Source: Octopus vulgaris
Lineage: Eukaryota
NCBI GenBank assembly: GCA_951406725.2
Contig: OX597816.1
Span: forward strand, 85,560,001 to 85,624,000
Reading direction: 5' to 3'
Length of the DNA: 64,000 nucleotides
The notes beneath the pieces are model-generated. The model was not told the origin of the DNA. It made no database searches and was given only the letters and a program-made list of their open reading frames with translations. The stretch's first letter is position 1; each line of letters opens with the position of its first letter. Of this stretch, positions 38,614-54,824 are shown in pieces. Both the position numbers and the translations under genes were made by a program.

Positions 38614-40109
38614 CATATCCACAGTCCAATGACTGAAACAAGTAAAAGATTCTATAGCTAGGCAATTTATTTTGTGGTGTTCGAACTATGCTCCACTACA
38701 CCACAAAAGTTGGTGGATTCTCGTCATGAAGTGAAACACATTTATTTTTTCTTAAAATCATGTAATTGGCAATTTACAAATGTATGCTCACAAATGATAT
38801 TACAAATTTGGTACCAGTTTAAAAATACGTGAGGCGCCTTCGCACCCGTTAGAAAGCCGTTGACTTTATTTTGTTATGGACATTATTCCACGCTGTAGAA
38901 AAATAAAATGTCAAAGCAACTATTTTCCTACAGCGTGAAATATATACGCTGAATCAGCCTACAGCACCCGCTAACCAGAATGTTGAATTCATGCAATTCA
39001 GAATGGTTATCTCCTCCATTGCCACAGAGACCGGAAAGTCAGACCGCGCTATATGACAGGAGAAGCAGATCGCTCTTATGATAACTCCGTTATCACTCAA
39101 TGATTGGTTGCGGTATTCAGCTACTTTCCGTACATAACAAACGCACATGTTTACATATCACCATATATCACAACTGCCAGTTATAGTTTCATTTTCACAA
39201 AGAGAGCGAATGAAAGTAGCTACCCCTATAACTTACGGTATGTCTGAGAGGGTCTTTATAAAGAGCAACAAACCTCATAACAATTTTTGGGAAACTTTTC
39301 ACTTCAAATCAGACGTTTTCCTTAAGACAGAACAACGTCATTGACTGGCTTCGGTCAGTTAAAAAAGTAACGTATCTAAAGTTGTTGCATCCCAACTATG
39401 AAAACTGGTAGCATTTGAAATTATTACGGTTTTCCTACCTAGAGAGAAGTCGAGAACACATGCAAGAAGTTTTTGGTGACAGATCCACAACACGCAATCA
39501 CCGGCCTATAGCATTGTGAGCTACACTAGTCACGAAAGTAATAGTCATTGCACATTCTTGGATATTCTACCGTTCCCAACAAAATAGAAGTAGTTACTGC
39601 AACAGCTTATGTTCAAAGGGCCGCGACTTTTTAGTATCTGACGTCCAAAGAAGCGATGTCTTTTTTTGAAATGTTTTGTTGCAAACATCTGTGAGCTTAT
39701 GATATAAACCTTTGATATTCTCATACCATTAGACTTAATCTTTCGTGCTCTAGTCATAGTTAAAATTTGTTCATTAATTTATCTCAAACGTTTCCCCAGT
39801 ATGCTTGCTCCGTATTTTTCTTGTTCGGACAGCTCTTTTGCTTGCCAGCACGCTTGCTCCATATTCGTATTGTCCGGACAACTCTTCTATCTTTTCGCTG
39901 TATGAGTACGACATCCATTTCTCCTTACGTATCGTCGTTTACAACCACTGAACCACTTTACTTTCTGTTTCCATCTCTTTTCTCTCCTATTCATTTCACC
40001 CCGACAAAAGTATCATCATCATACGCCCTTCTAAATCTTTTTGGTTCTTTCACAAGATAAATTTCTGACACAAGACTGATACAGTGACTATATCATTGGT
40101 ACAATTCAT

Positions 40110-40425
40110 ATCTATGAAGCAACATAGTATATCGTCTCCGCACACACCCTTTTCCCTAAATTTAGCGACTGCGGACTTCCGTCTTTTCTTGAAAGTAAAA
40201 ATGCAGCTCAAATCTTACCATTTTAACACAGTTATCGAGATGCAGAACAAATCCCCTAATGCCCTTGACTCGCTTACGGAAAACAACTTCTAGGCTGTTT
40301 TCAAAAGTGACAGGAATGCTTGGACCAGTGTATTTCTGCCGAAAGTGACCATTTCGAAGGTGATGATGTTAAAACTTAGGTAAATAAACATAACTAGACC
40401 GGGAACCTTTTGATGCCATCTAGTA
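40110..40425 (+). pseudogene. Mariner transposase C-terminal remnant
   Basis: HTPFSLNLATADFRLFLKVKMQLK is a decayed HPPYSPDLAPxDFxLF motif. Confidence 0.65.
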
Positions 40426-40749
40426 TATGCACAAACCAAAACAGGGAATAGAAATTAATGGTATTATTTATTCACGATTGCACGTGTTTCATTTGCTAAC
40501 AGACATTACAAGGTTTTACATTGATAGATATGTAAAGAATTTCGAGTTGAAGTTCATCCAACAAAAACTGATTGCATTATGATAATCTACATGGTGTTCT
40601 AAACATAAAACTAGCAATCGTATATCTATTTGTACACACGTAGTTGTGCCTCGCTCTCTCTTTCCTTATGTTCTCTCTCTCTCTCTCTGTATCTATGTAT
40701 CTATCTATCTATATATATATATATACACACACATATAATATATATATAT

Positions 40750-40827
<78 letters not shown>

Positions 40828-41710
40828 TTGCATAAATCCAAGTCTATAAGCAGGCATATGAAAATGATTAAACGGGCAGCTTACTCAAAAGTGCAGAAAT
40901 GAACATATAGAAGTCACAAATATAATATAACGGTAAATTTCTCTTTACCCCTCTCCTTTAAAGCAATACGGGCGGTCACTTCTAGAGATCGTTAACTGAA
41001 GTAAAATAGAGAAAAAAAAGATGATTTTGGGAGGACAAAAGAGAATCGAGTGCAAAAATGCATGAGGGCGAGCCATAAAATCCTTAATTGGCATACTTGC
41101 CTGCTAACAACATGACCACGTGACTGACCAGAAATCGGATGTAATCTGTTGCTGGTTAGAAGGTGCTTTGCATCATATTAGCATTTGAAGGATGCCTGCA
41201 TGCTGACTAGGCTCGGACAAGCTCGGGAGATTGTAATGGTGAATCGGTTTACCATTACCATCTCTCGGATCACTCTCTTTGTTCTTCTTAGGTGCACATT
41301 GTTAGTGAAAAGGCCATGCTGACACTGGAGAGCCAGAAAAAAATGGCACAATGAGGCTCAAACTTCGAACATGGGACCACAATAGTACCAACTATAAGCA
41401 CGCTTGAGCAGAATGCAATGTAACAATAATAAAGATATTTTATAGCGAAGGTGGGGATAATTTTCGACTTACACTAGTATATATGTGTGAGTGTGTATGA
41501 GTGTGTGTGTGTGAGTGTGTGTAGATATATGCAGACATATATTTATACATATATATGTATGCGCTCACACATGCACACAAACATACACACACACAAACAC
41601 AGATACAAACACATACTCACACAAGCACATTCAAGCACATTCTCACACCTGTATAAAATTATCTATCTACGTATCAATCTCTCTCTCTCTCTATCTTTCT
41701 CTCTCTCTCT

Positions 41711-41813
<103 letters not shown>

Positions 41814-42746
41814 GTTGTAAACTTCAGAGGTATTGTCTCGTACCACGTATCGATTTTGTATTTTTTCCACTGCAATGAAATTTTGCCGGTTGTTAGTCCC
41901 TTAGCCTATTCTCACTAAGCTTGTGAAATAGATTTTTTGTATTTCTTTCCTGATTAAATAAATGACTTTTCATCTCTATTATCAACTGATTCATTTTTTT
42001 AGTATGACAATTGCACGACATGTATATGATGCTTCTTTAAATTTTACCCAGAAGTCAACATATTCAAAGGTTTTGTAAACTCTTTATTGAGGCTTTCTTT
42101 ATAACCTCTAAGAAACTTCTTGTAATAGTCAATAGAGTTTTCTACTTGTGACTGATCTTGTTGATTGATCTTGTTGAAGCTAGTGAATACTTTTTTTTCA
42201 ATTAAACACTGTTGAACTTAAAAGCTTATATCATAGTTACTGAGTGTCACCGCTGAATCTTTTTTTTTATGAAATGGAAGATACAAAAAATAATAAAAGA
42301 AGATTCAGTGAAATATTCAGAATCATTTGATACATTATGCGTTACGTTTGAAAACGTTTCATGTTTCTCAAAGTGGATACAATCGCCCTTGGGTTCCGGT
42401 GAAAATTTTTATATAGGTGCTGGTCACAAAGGAGGAGGGGGGTGTTCGATAAACGCATCTGTTTCTCACAGTAACTTAGATAGTTGTGTTTTTTTCTATA
42501 TCGTTATTAATTTTTAAAGCACACTTAAATATATTAGGATAAAGTGCTTGTAAGATCCAGTAAGAACATCACAACATATTTATTTAAATTATAAGAATAA
42601 AGCAAATCACAATTTAAAATATACTTTCAAAATTCATATCTATATATTTGCAGGAATTAAAGCAGCCACTGCACATGTAGCGCTAAGTAAACTCTGGAAT
42701 CGTATGCGCATATATGCTTATATATACTTTATGTTTATATATATAT

Positions 42747-42829
<83 letters not shown>

Positions 42830-42958
42830 TAAATGAGAAAACTAATTTCTGTGAGTCAGTGTGTCACACTTTTGACACCCTCTCTCACTATTCAATAACA
42901 CTACCTCCTGGCGAGATGAGAGTAATAGTAGGCATAGAGATGAAGGGGGTCGTGGCGA

Positions 42959-42989
<31 letters not shown>

Positions 42990-43400
42990 AAACAAAAGAG
43001 AGGGAAAGAAAGAGACAAAGAAATTTAGGGGGATCTGATAATGTTTTATTAAAAGTACCACCATTATCACCACAAACACCACTGCAACCATCACCATCGA
43101 AAGCCACTACCATTTTTTTATCCACACTACTTCCGATACTACAACTACTAGAACCACCACCGCTATCACCGCTGCCGCCGGCACAACTACCACATCAATT
43201 TTCTATTATTACCACTTCAGTTTCCCCACACCGCCACTGCCACTTCTTACACCCGTATGTCATATACACACAAACACAGACACACACACGCACACACACG
43301 CACACATACACATACACACAAATTAAATATATCTAATATAATAAATGTGAATGTCGGTGTGTAACACTTTTTCACGTATTCTCCTAGATATGGATATATA

Positions 43401-44148
<748 letters not shown>

Positions 44149-44149
44149 A

Positions 44150-44300
44150 CCTTTTATTTGTTTCAGTCATTTGACTGACTGCAGCCAACCTGGGGTACCG
44201 CCTTGAAGGCTTTTTGTCAAACAAATCACCCGGCCCCCGGTCTTATTATTTTTCTAAGCCTATTGCGTATTAGCACTAGTTGTCAAGCTGTGGGATGGAG
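44150..44300 (-). mobile_element. SINE 3' tail fragment
   Basis: CTTTTATTTGTTTCAGTCATTTGACTG...ACCGCCTTGAAG is the reverse complement of the SINE tail. Confidence 0.65.
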
Positions 44301-44342
44301 GAAAAACGCAAGCATAGAGACACACATAAATATATGCAGTCG

Positions 44343-44374
<32 letters not shown>

Positions 44375-44420
44375 CATATACATATATATACATGTATATA
44401 TATATATACATATATATATG

Positions 44421-44454
<34 letters not shown>

Positions 44455-44474
44455 CACATGTATATATACATGTG

Positions 44475-44560
<86 letters not shown>

Positions 44561-44574
44561 ATATTTAAACATAA

Positions 44575-45035
44575 AAGTTGCAAATTTACTCCCTGTAGCG
44601 AAGGCGTGAGAGATATGCAATAACTTAACTGTAGAAGGGCTAGTACCTAATTTTGGCATTGAGTTTTATGCAAATTCCAGAACTTGCTGCCATTGTGTTG
44701 TACCAAAGGTACAATCCACTCCATTTATATTCAGGAACAGGTACTGCAATAATCTAGGGTTCGAAGGCGCACAGCTCTTCAATGCCCTGTAACAAACATT
44801 AAGAAATCTGCATAACGTGTAAGTAGATGTTTTCAAAAAGGAATTAGACATCCGCCACTCTACAATACCGGAAGAACCAACAGCCCAAAATATGGTGTAG
44901 ACGAGGGTAGTGGAATCAAACTTCCTTATACACCAAATGGGCTAACGGTTGGGACAAAGGCACATACAGTAATGATGTGAAACGCTCCAGAATAAGGAAA
45001 CCAGAAAGACCACGGTGGTATTCCAGCCGACAGAA
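44575..45035 (+). mobile_element. Old CR1-like LINE 3' fragment
   Basis: GAAGGGCTAGTACCTAATTTTGGCATTGAG and GCACAGCTCTTCAAT are homologous to 58728-59162 (-). Confidence 0.65.
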
Positions 45036-45399
45036 AGGAAGAAAAGAATAGGTAGGGAAAGGTGATCTAGGGAGGACAATATAAAATGAGGGATATAAAA
45101 ACCTTAAGGCGGGCAATAAAGTCATTAACGGATGTAGTTGCCTGTTAACATTCGATCTCATTGGTCAGCTGGCTTTGTATTCAACAAGCCATTTAGTTGG
45201 GGCTTAGTTGGTAAATCATTTAATCTTCCTCACATATCTTTCTTTTCTTTTCGGAGATATACTGCCCATATGACATCAGGACAGTATTCAAGAGTATGCA
45301 ACACTTCGAAAATATCTCCTTCGGGTAGAACCACCAATACAAAAGAATATGACCAAAGACTGCATGTATTCCATGCCATGCATCCCTGCTGATAAAATG

Positions 45400-45960
45400 A
45401 CATTGTCCTTCTTTAGAGCAGGAGTACGAATATTTGCTCTGCATCGATTTTCTCTTTACTTCTGGTTGAAAGTGATGAACTCATCATTTATCTTGGCTAA
45501 ATTAACGTTCAAATTAACAAGCTAGATTTTGCCTGAAGCAATGATAGATTTTCCCCTGATGTCATCCACCTGCTGCGCTTTTGATCAGGTTCTGAAGATG
45601 CGGCACACACCTTCGTCATGCCAACTTCATTGTGCAGAATATTCTGAACTCTCATGGGTCATATTAATAGAATTGGCTAATTGATTTATAGCCAGTCAAT
45701 CGTCGGTCATCCGTTAGCTTGTGGACACGATCAATTTTTTCTTTGTTGGTGGCAGTTGTAGGATGTTCAGACATTGTGTTATATGCAAGACTCTCCCTTC
45801 TCCTAGATTCTGCGTCCCTCATTTGCACTGCTTGTTAAAGCTGGATCGTCATCTCATAATGTAACAACCATGTCAACATGAATGCTCTAAGGGCTAAATC
45901 CATTCTCCCTACGTACTTGATAACACCATGATATCAAATTTTGTCCAGTTTCAAAAGAGG
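45400..45960 (-). pseudogene. Decayed mariner transposase
   Basis: Minus strand GATAAATGATGAGTTCATCACTTTCAACCAGAA resembles DETWVHHFEPE, with HTH-like sequence upstream. Confidence 0.5.
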
Positions 45961-46179
45961 TTGCTACCAATAGCATTTGAATTGTTCTTTGAACACCCAG
46001 CTAATGCAGTAATTAATAAGAGTTGAAATTAATGCATTCAAGATTTCACAGCTCTACCATCACTCCTTTATAGTCAGGCTATGAACTTTCAGCCCACCAT
46101 CGTAACCCTACCTACAGGCGTACATGCATACAGGTCTGTGTGCGTGTGGGCGAAAAGGAGAGAGAGAAAGAGAGAGAGT

Positions 46180-46212
<33 letters not shown>

Positions 46213-47747
46213 TGAGAGAGATATAAAGATTAAAGGATGATGTGAGTTGTATAATTTAAACAAAAACTGCATCCCAACAGAGATTAGACAGGGTCCAGTC
46301 TTAATCTTCAGTTAAAGATTATTACATCAGCGCTACTCAGAGACATTCGGTGTAAGAAAGATTTTTCAATCAACGATATTTGTAATGTGAGGATTGGTTA
46401 CTAAAAATAAGAATATAACTGCATATACCAGACAGTGTAGAGTAGTCTACATTTATTCAGAGTAATAAAGATAAAATTGTCCCCAACAAGCAACACTGTC
46501 GATGACAATAATAATTGCAATGTACATGTAGTTGCTCTTCCGGTTGTGTAATTCTGTGTCATTTTAATTGAGCTAAACTTTGATGAAAATAAACGAAGCC
46601 GTGGCCATCACAAGTTTTTAAAATTTCTACAATCGCTAATGTAATTATGCTTTCTATGACTACAAGTATCACCTTCAAGTAAAACATAGCAAGTATAATA
46701 ACAGAAACAATATTTTACAAGGAAATTACATCCACTCTTCTATACATCGAGTTCTTTTATTAAAATTGCAGTAATCTTCCATTTATAAATTTAACAAAAA
46801 AAGACATTTTCGCACACAATGTAGAATGTTTTCTTTGGCCTCGCTTTCACAAAGTGTTTCTAAGAGCAACACACTGCTGTTTTTTTTAAATACGACTGTA
46901 AGCTGTTTTAAATGACCGGCAGCATAACACTTGGGGAACAACTATGACTTCTTATCTTTTTATTGGTATAGCAGTAAAATAATTCGATGTACTGATTTCT
47001 CTTTATTTGCAAACAAGTGTGGATACATTAACAGAAAGACCACACCCTTAGCCACCCCAAGAATTGCTTAACCGTTTAAGGGGAACAAGTTTGCTTGTAA
47101 TTCGTTATTGTGTATGTGTTTGTGACTGTGTATGTATGAGTGTCTGTTTGTGGGTGTACGTGTGTGTGCTTTTGTGAGTGTGTGCACGCGCGTGTGTGTA
47201 TGTGTATGTGTTTGTGTGTATGAGTGTGTGCATCTGTGTGTGTTCATGTTTTGTAATTGGTTTCAGTTTTAATTTCACAACTTATAATGGAGTCAATTTT
47301 GAAATGTTTGATTAACCTCCATATTCCGTCCCATCAAGTTCATTTTCCCCCTCTCATTCCCTCTCTTCAGTCGTATTTTCCTATCCAGGAGCACTGACGA
47401 CTTTTCGTTGTTTCATTCCTCTCTCACTCCACTCTCATATCTCTCACACATTTCAGTGCATATTTCCCATTCGTTCATTAGTGACAATCACCTTTAATTT
47501 TTTCTCGTTTCTTTTGAAGGTAAATGTTCGGAAAGATTATTCAAGCATGTTTTCTCCGATGAAACCGCATTAATTGACAATTTAGAGTGTCTTTTTATAG
47601 AGATAAGTATTTGCCTTAACTTCTTTATAAATCTCATATTATTTTATGCATATAAATATAGAGATATAAAAGTAACTATTCAGAAACAATAAAAGTATGT
47701 ATTCAAATATATTGTTGGTTTTTGTATCTAAATTAGAAGCAATTATA

Positions 47748-47834
<87 letters not shown>
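47748..47834. repeat. (ATCT)n microsatellite
   Basis: Directly visible. Confidence 0.95.
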
Positions 47835-48152
47835 TTCTATAAAACCAGTTTGTATGTGTGCGTATGTTCCTTATGCATTCCAAAACCGAGTTGCCTATTT
47901 TGACGTAAGGGGTATCAAATGATTCATTAAGCTTTAGGCTACCAAGTAAATTATATTTTCATTCATATATTTGCATTACAACAATTTAGCATTATCACTT
48001 TTCTTTTAGTCACCTCTCCGAAACGACATTTTATATCACTACTACTACAACGATGAGCGTCTTCACGCGTTCGTTACCTACGTTAGGCCGATGAGTGACA
48101 TGAATGTGCTTGACGGTGTATGTGTCCGTATACCTACATCTTTGTGACGACT

Positions 48153-48208
<56 letters not shown>

Positions 48209-51200
48209 TATATATATATAAAGACAGACACACACTCAGGGATAGAGGCAGGCTTCAGGTGTGTGTTAATGTATGTGTTAGTTTATGCATGTAACTTCCA
48301 CTCCATTCCCATCATTGAAATGCGCCGATATTGAAAGTTTACTTGTGGTTTGGACAATGTTCAGTTTCAAGTACTACCAACTTGAATATTTAACTGATTT
48401 AACACTACTCACAATACTCGCAAATATATCTGAAAAACTATTATTCTGGTTATTATAACAAATTCGGTAACTTTGTGAAATAGAAAGTTTCAGTGGCTCT
48501 TATAGTTACTGAAAGGTTATTCCACTCCAAATCAGTTTCAAGCTAATGTCTTTTTTTTAACTGTTCTTGTATTCCTCTTATCACTTCTTCATCACTGTGA
48601 GTATCAACGTCGCACAACATTTTAACTGCGTTAGTCAGTATTTATTCTATAGCCTATAACGTTACATAGTTAAAAAATATATAGTAATGTCAAATTAATT
48701 TATATCTTGTTACATACATCCTTCAGCAAATATTTTAAATTAACGTTCACAACAACAAGCATCTTCTTTTCTATACATTTAGTTCAGCGTTCATTTTAAT
48801 ATTGTAAAATGAATTACTTCTGTATGAATAATTGAATTAAGCCTTCTGAATTTTCTTGGACTTTCATTTCCTTCACCGTGACAGACCATTTAGTACATGT
48901 TCGAAATAAATGTTGATGTTCTGTACTTTCTCACACTGGTGACGCATACTAAGTCCTAATTGGTGACTCACCATTTTTTATAGCACAACTATGCTGCACA
49001 AAGTATGTTTTGCATCTACATTAACTACATTTCGTTTCGCTTGAAATTCGTGTGTGTGCTTTTTGCTGTTTTCAATACTATCAATTCTCTGAGTGTGTGT
49101 TTCTGCGTCCGTTACGCCTATAGTAATCTATAGTAAGGAACATTTCACGCTATTTTAATGAGCAACATCTAATGAAGTAGCCATCTATATGGTTGGTGAT
49201 CTCCATAAAAATCATGATAATCTCATTCGTGTTCGAGATAACAAACTTAAACGTGTTTCACATGCTCATCCTTCTTATGTTACTTTCCAGTATACTCATA
49301 TCCTCTGGAATGGACAAAATGGGTATCATTCCAATATTCCACGGATTGAAACTGCAACAGGATAGCCAATTACAATCAGAAAGGCGTCGTCAAATGACTT
49401 CTATTCGGAATAGTTGTTGTTAAGACCAGAACAATCAAATCAAATGAACTTTATTTTCACTTACATATTTTCTAGGTTATATCAACAAACAGCTACTGAT
49501 ATTTCATATACACTACTCTACAACGTCCTGGTTTCATTAGAAAATGAAAATAGTTTTACACTTGCAGTTTGAACAAAAATTACAAAGTGTTGCATTACGA
49601 GAGTGACGATATTTGAATAATGAAATTAATGTATCTATTTTTCTCCGAATTACTCACATCTCTATTATAATAAAGAAAGCTGCTTATTATCTCTCTACCA
49701 AATAAACTATGTTGTTGACGCAACAATTTTTTTTACAACTAAAATAACCTCGGCAACTTCGTTGGGTTGCACCATTTTGAGGTCTCTTTCGGACAATCTT
49801 TCGATTTGTTTCTAATATTTCACTTTCGTCCGATGTTTGACGCATGCATAGAATTCTACCCAGGCAAATATTTATGAAAATATACACATAAATATTGTAT
49901 TAAAATAAGCCACATGCAAAAAAATTGTATTAAAAGGCATCCATTTTCCAATATGTTATGAAGGAATACAGTCACTCTCGATCTCTCTCTCACGAACAAA
50001 AGGATGTATGCATATGAGCGAGGTAAAGAATATGCTCCCGGTGTTTAGGGGTAAGATTACGCTGAAAATGTCTGTTGTGCGTATTCCCTAACTCCGCTCA
50101 TTTATGTATGTGTATGAAAGATAATGTGTGTGGTGTGAGAGAGAGAGAGAGAGAGGGAGAGGGAGAGCGAGCGAGTGCCACTTACACATGAATGGTAAAA
50201 CTTCAGTGCAAAATTTGTTATTTCTTGCAGTGTGCACGCGCAATTTACAGCACAATTGCAATTGAAATGATCTTTTTCTATTGTGTAATTTGTGTTTGTG
50301 ATGAGCGTATTCTAAAATCTGATCTTCAATATAGACTTAAAATGAAGTTTTCCCAGAAATCCTTGCTATACCTCTTCTTTCTATCATGTCCGAGGTGACA
50401 TTTCCGTCCCCCTAACCTTATTTTTTTCCCTAAATTTCTACCAATTCCACTGATTGCAATACAGGAGATTAGGATTACACCCACAAAATACGTTCTCAAT
50501 ATTTTCTCCCTCTCCAAACCAAATTAATTTTTTACTTTTTTCAAATTCGTATTCTTGGTATTCCACGGAGAAAAATCAGAAAGTGCGAAATAATGTCGTT
50601 CAGCTGTTGGTTCTAGCATGTCGGGCTTTCTGGTGGTGGTCTGGTATTTTTGGGTCTACTTTTTCTGTAGAATTCTACACATGCGGGAAACATGAGACAA
50701 AAATGAAATATTGGGAGATTTTAGCTTTTTGAGAGCAGGTAGGTATTGGATGGGTGAGGTGAGGGAAAGGGCATTAAGTGTTTCTTTAAGAAAAATTAAT
50801 CTATAAAAGAAAATATATATTTCTCAGATTCGTAAGCTTTGTATTTTCTACGTAGATAACAACAAAAAAAAAAGAAATTCGGAAAAATGTTATAAATTAA
50901 GAATTTTCGTTGGGGATTGGGGGTGGTGGGGGTGAATTAAAATTTTGAAAACGTGATTTCTGGGCAAAATCGTATTAACCCCCTTTTATACAAGGAAACA
51001 GTACATAGTTTCTGTTCCCTCTTAAGACTTAAGAACAGAAAGCACTTTCATGCAACCTCATGCAAATTGTACTGCCGTTATTCTATTAACTATTATATCA
51101 GCTGTGCTGATTCTACCCTAAGAAAGGAGCAAATAATATGTGTGATTGTAGGTTATAACACTTGGGCAACGTCAGGAGGCAGTGTTACATTGTGTGTGTG

Positions 51201-51231
51201 TATGTATATATACACATATGCAAACACACTG

Positions 51232-51304
<73 letters not shown>

Positions 51305-52917
51305 CAGTGGCGGCCAAAATGTTCAGAACGGCATTGTTTTCGCAGAAAAGTAGATATAATTTTTTATTAAAGTTGTTTTATTTTCTATAATTTTCACAGA
51401 CAATAAATACAATATCATTTGTTATTGTCTGAGATTTTAGTGTAATTTGAAAGGATAATACAAAAGTTATGGATGATTTAGTGATTTACTGCAAAACCCA
51501 TGGCGGCCAAAATGATCAGAATGGTTGCTTTTACTCCGTGTTTTAGTATATTTAACCGGTGAACTCTAATGTTTTGAATTTGTTTACGTGATGGTTCGTT
51601 TACTAAACATTAGTAAGAATATTTGCAGTGTACTTTGTTGATATAATGCCACTTACTCCGTTACCAATTCATCAGCAGATTATTAAGATTCAAGGGAAGG
51701 ATAATTTAAGTATTGGATCTATTGCAAAGATTGTTAACAAGTCAAAAAGTGTTGTACACGGTATTCTTAAGGTCTACGATGATTGTGGTTCGTGTGAAGC
51801 AAGAAAGTTTACTGGTAGGCCAAGAAAAACGGCCAAGAAAGAAGATCGTGCTATGGTAAAGTTGGTTAAAAAGGACAGATTTAAAACTGCTGCTGCTGTT
51901 TCTCGGAAAATGTGCATTGTATTGAAGAAAACTTTATCTTGAAAAACTGTCTCGTCGTTTAGTTGAACATGACCTACAAGAAAGAGCACATGTAGTGAAA
52001 CCACTGATCAGCTCCAAGAATAAAAAGTGTTGTCTTACCTTTGCAACCGAACATGTGCTGTGGTCTCAAGAAAAATGGCAAACGGTGCATTTCAGTGATG
52101 AATCTAAGTTTATGTTATTTGGCTCAGATGGGAAAAGGTACGTTCGTAGAAAAGTAGGTGAAAAATTGTCGCCTAAATGCCTTAAGACTAGTGTTAAATT
52201 CGGTGGAGGAAGTGTCATGGTTTGGGGGATGATATCTGGAGATGGTATGTGCCCTTTGGTGCGATTACATGGAAAGGAGTTTATAAACAACTTGTAAAAG
52301 ATCATGTCTTGCCTGTGTTGAGAAATTCAACTAAGCGACCATCCGTATTTATGCAGGACAATGCCCCACGTCACAAGGCTAAGGTGGTCATGAACTTCCT
52401 CAAGGCTGAAAAAGTTATTGTTATGGATTGGCCTGCTCAAAGCCCAGATCTCAATCCTATTGAATATGGAATATTCTAGGAGAACGTTCGAAAGCCAGAA
52501 ATCCTAAAACAACTGAGTAATTATGGAATGCCCTTCAGGAAGAATGGAATAAGATCACCCAGCAAGAAATTGAAAATGTAATTTCCTCATGTAGTCGAAG
52601 ATGTCAGAGTGTGATTGAAACTAAAGGGCTTCACACTAAATATTAAATAATTCCAGTATTCTCTGTCATTTTTGATTATTTTGTTATTTTTTTCAACCGT
52701 ACTGATCATTTTGGCCGCCATGGATTTTGCAGTAAATCAGTAAATCATCCATAAATTTTGTATTCTCCTCTCAAATTACACCAACATTTCAGACAATAAC
52801 AATTAATATTGTATTTATTGTCTGTGAAAATTATAAAATATAAAACAACTTTGATAAAAACTTATATTTACTTTTCTGACGAAAACAATGCCGTTCTGAA
52901 CATTTTGGGCGCCACTG
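51305..52917 (+). mobile_element. Full-length Tc1-like transposon (DD34E) with long IR/DR termini, 1613 bp
   Basis: TA|CAGTGGCGGCCAAAATGTTCAGAACGG ... CCGTTCTGAACATTTTGGGCGCCACTG|TA. TIRs are ~220 bp with inner direct repeats at 51500-51524 and 52697-52721. Motifs GRPRKT, FSDESKF, VKFGGGSVMVWG, FMQDNAPRH and WPAQSPDLNPIE. Confidence 0.96.
51646..52646 (+). pseudogene. Tc1 transposase pseudogene
   Basis: Runs from MPLTP... to ...GLHTKY* across several frames with stops. Confidence 0.9.
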
Positions 52918-52957
<40 letters not shown>

Positions 52958-52961
<4 letters not shown>

Positions 52962-52972
52962 TATAGATAGAT

Positions 52973-53033
<61 letters not shown>

Positions 53034-53047
53034 CATACATACATACA

Positions 53048-53081
<34 letters not shown>

Positions 53082-53104
53082 CATACATACATACATATAT
53101 ACAT
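52958..53104. repeat. (GATA)n + (TACA)n compound microsatellite
   Basis: Directly visible. Confidence 0.95.
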
Positions 53105-54150
53105 AGTGGATTGAAGACTAAAGTGTTTGACTGCCTGAAGACGCTTTTTATTTCATTGAAAGATTTGCCTACGCTTCTATTTCGTGTAACTTATTGAATG
53201 CTATAAAACTAACAGTAATTCTAAGCCACCGATTGTTAACTCAGAATATGTACTCATTGTGATATGCTTTTCAACAGGCTACACTGTATCATGTGATACG
53301 TAATTAGTGGAGTATAAAAACACATATTAGTATCCATGCCTTTTCATATACTTCAAAAAGTGGATATCATGCACAACAATTGGATCACATATCTGTAAAG
53401 GAAATAATACAAATAAGAAATAAAGGACATATTGGTAACACAGAAGGAAATAGTTGATTTATGCATACAAAAGCGCAGACGCAAACCTATTCATTTGCAA
53501 TACCAAAATCTACATTGCATTCCTTGCGTCATATGGGAAATGCATATGATATGATCGTATCAAGGAAGTTAACAAGTCATATATAATATAAACATGCGTA
53601 TTTATAGAAGTAGAGTATATTTACGTTTTATTTAGAGTGAGAGAATTTCTAAGTAGCGTATAATTTGATCCTTTCATCAAGCACTCACTTACTATCAGTA
53701 CATTGTGGTACGTAGAATTATGTCACAAGAAATAAATACCTCAATGCACCTACCATTGAACGTTTTATTGTGTGTAAATGAAACCCGAAAGTTTGGGAAG
53801 GAATAATCAGAATAATACTACTGCTACATTTCGCGGAACTATTAGTAACGAAGCCGCATTTAGCCAACAAAGAAGCGGCTTACTCCAGGTGCGGGCGGTG
53901 CGTTGTACAAATATTTAGTCACTCTAAGTACATCATCATTTGAGCAGGTTGTTCTTCAAGTAATTGCAGAATCCGCTTTTTTGAACTACCGAAAGCTAAC
54001 AGCATATGTGTATGTGTGTTGTGTGTGTGTGTATGTGAGTGTCTGCGGGTATGCATTTGGTGATATAAGCAGAACATTAGTCAAAATAGGTCATTGCAAG
54101 CGCCAAAATTTCTCATCATTTGAATCATTGTAAATCTCCTGCTGATTATA

Positions 54151-54193
<43 letters not shown>

Positions 54194-54758
54194 GATGACT
54201 ATACTCCTTTTTTCTAACATCCTATCTGACAATTAATTGATAATCCCAATTGAAGAGCATAAAATCCACAGAGTTGTCTCCCCTTACTCACATGAACTAG
54301 ATAACTCCTACCCCATTTCCTATTTTGACATTCATTTAACAAACACCCTAAAATAAGCACGACGTTTAATCACATGAATCTTAATCCTCCAAGGAAATTT
54401 TTCCAGGAACTATCATTGAATTCAAAAAACATAAAGACTCTACAAAGTGTCGGTATACTTATTTTTTTTATTTTTGTATATGTTTATTATTTTTTTTTTT
54501 GAAAAAAAACATTGTAAATTTCCTTTTTGCTCTTCCTCAATTAAAAAAAACAATTCTTTTCACCTTTCAATTCTTGAATATTTGCTTTGCGAAGAAAACT
54601 GGTTAGAGTTAATATTTTAAAATTACTTTTTAAATTTTCATACACCCATTTTTATTAAAATTTACCTTCAATTTAGCATTCTGCCTTTCTATAGTTTTTC
54701 CTCGCCTATCATTTCTGCACGTGCGGTCAACACAACCCCACCATTTATTGATTTATTG

Positions 54759-54814
<56 letters not shown>

Positions 54815-54824
54815 TCATATCGTC

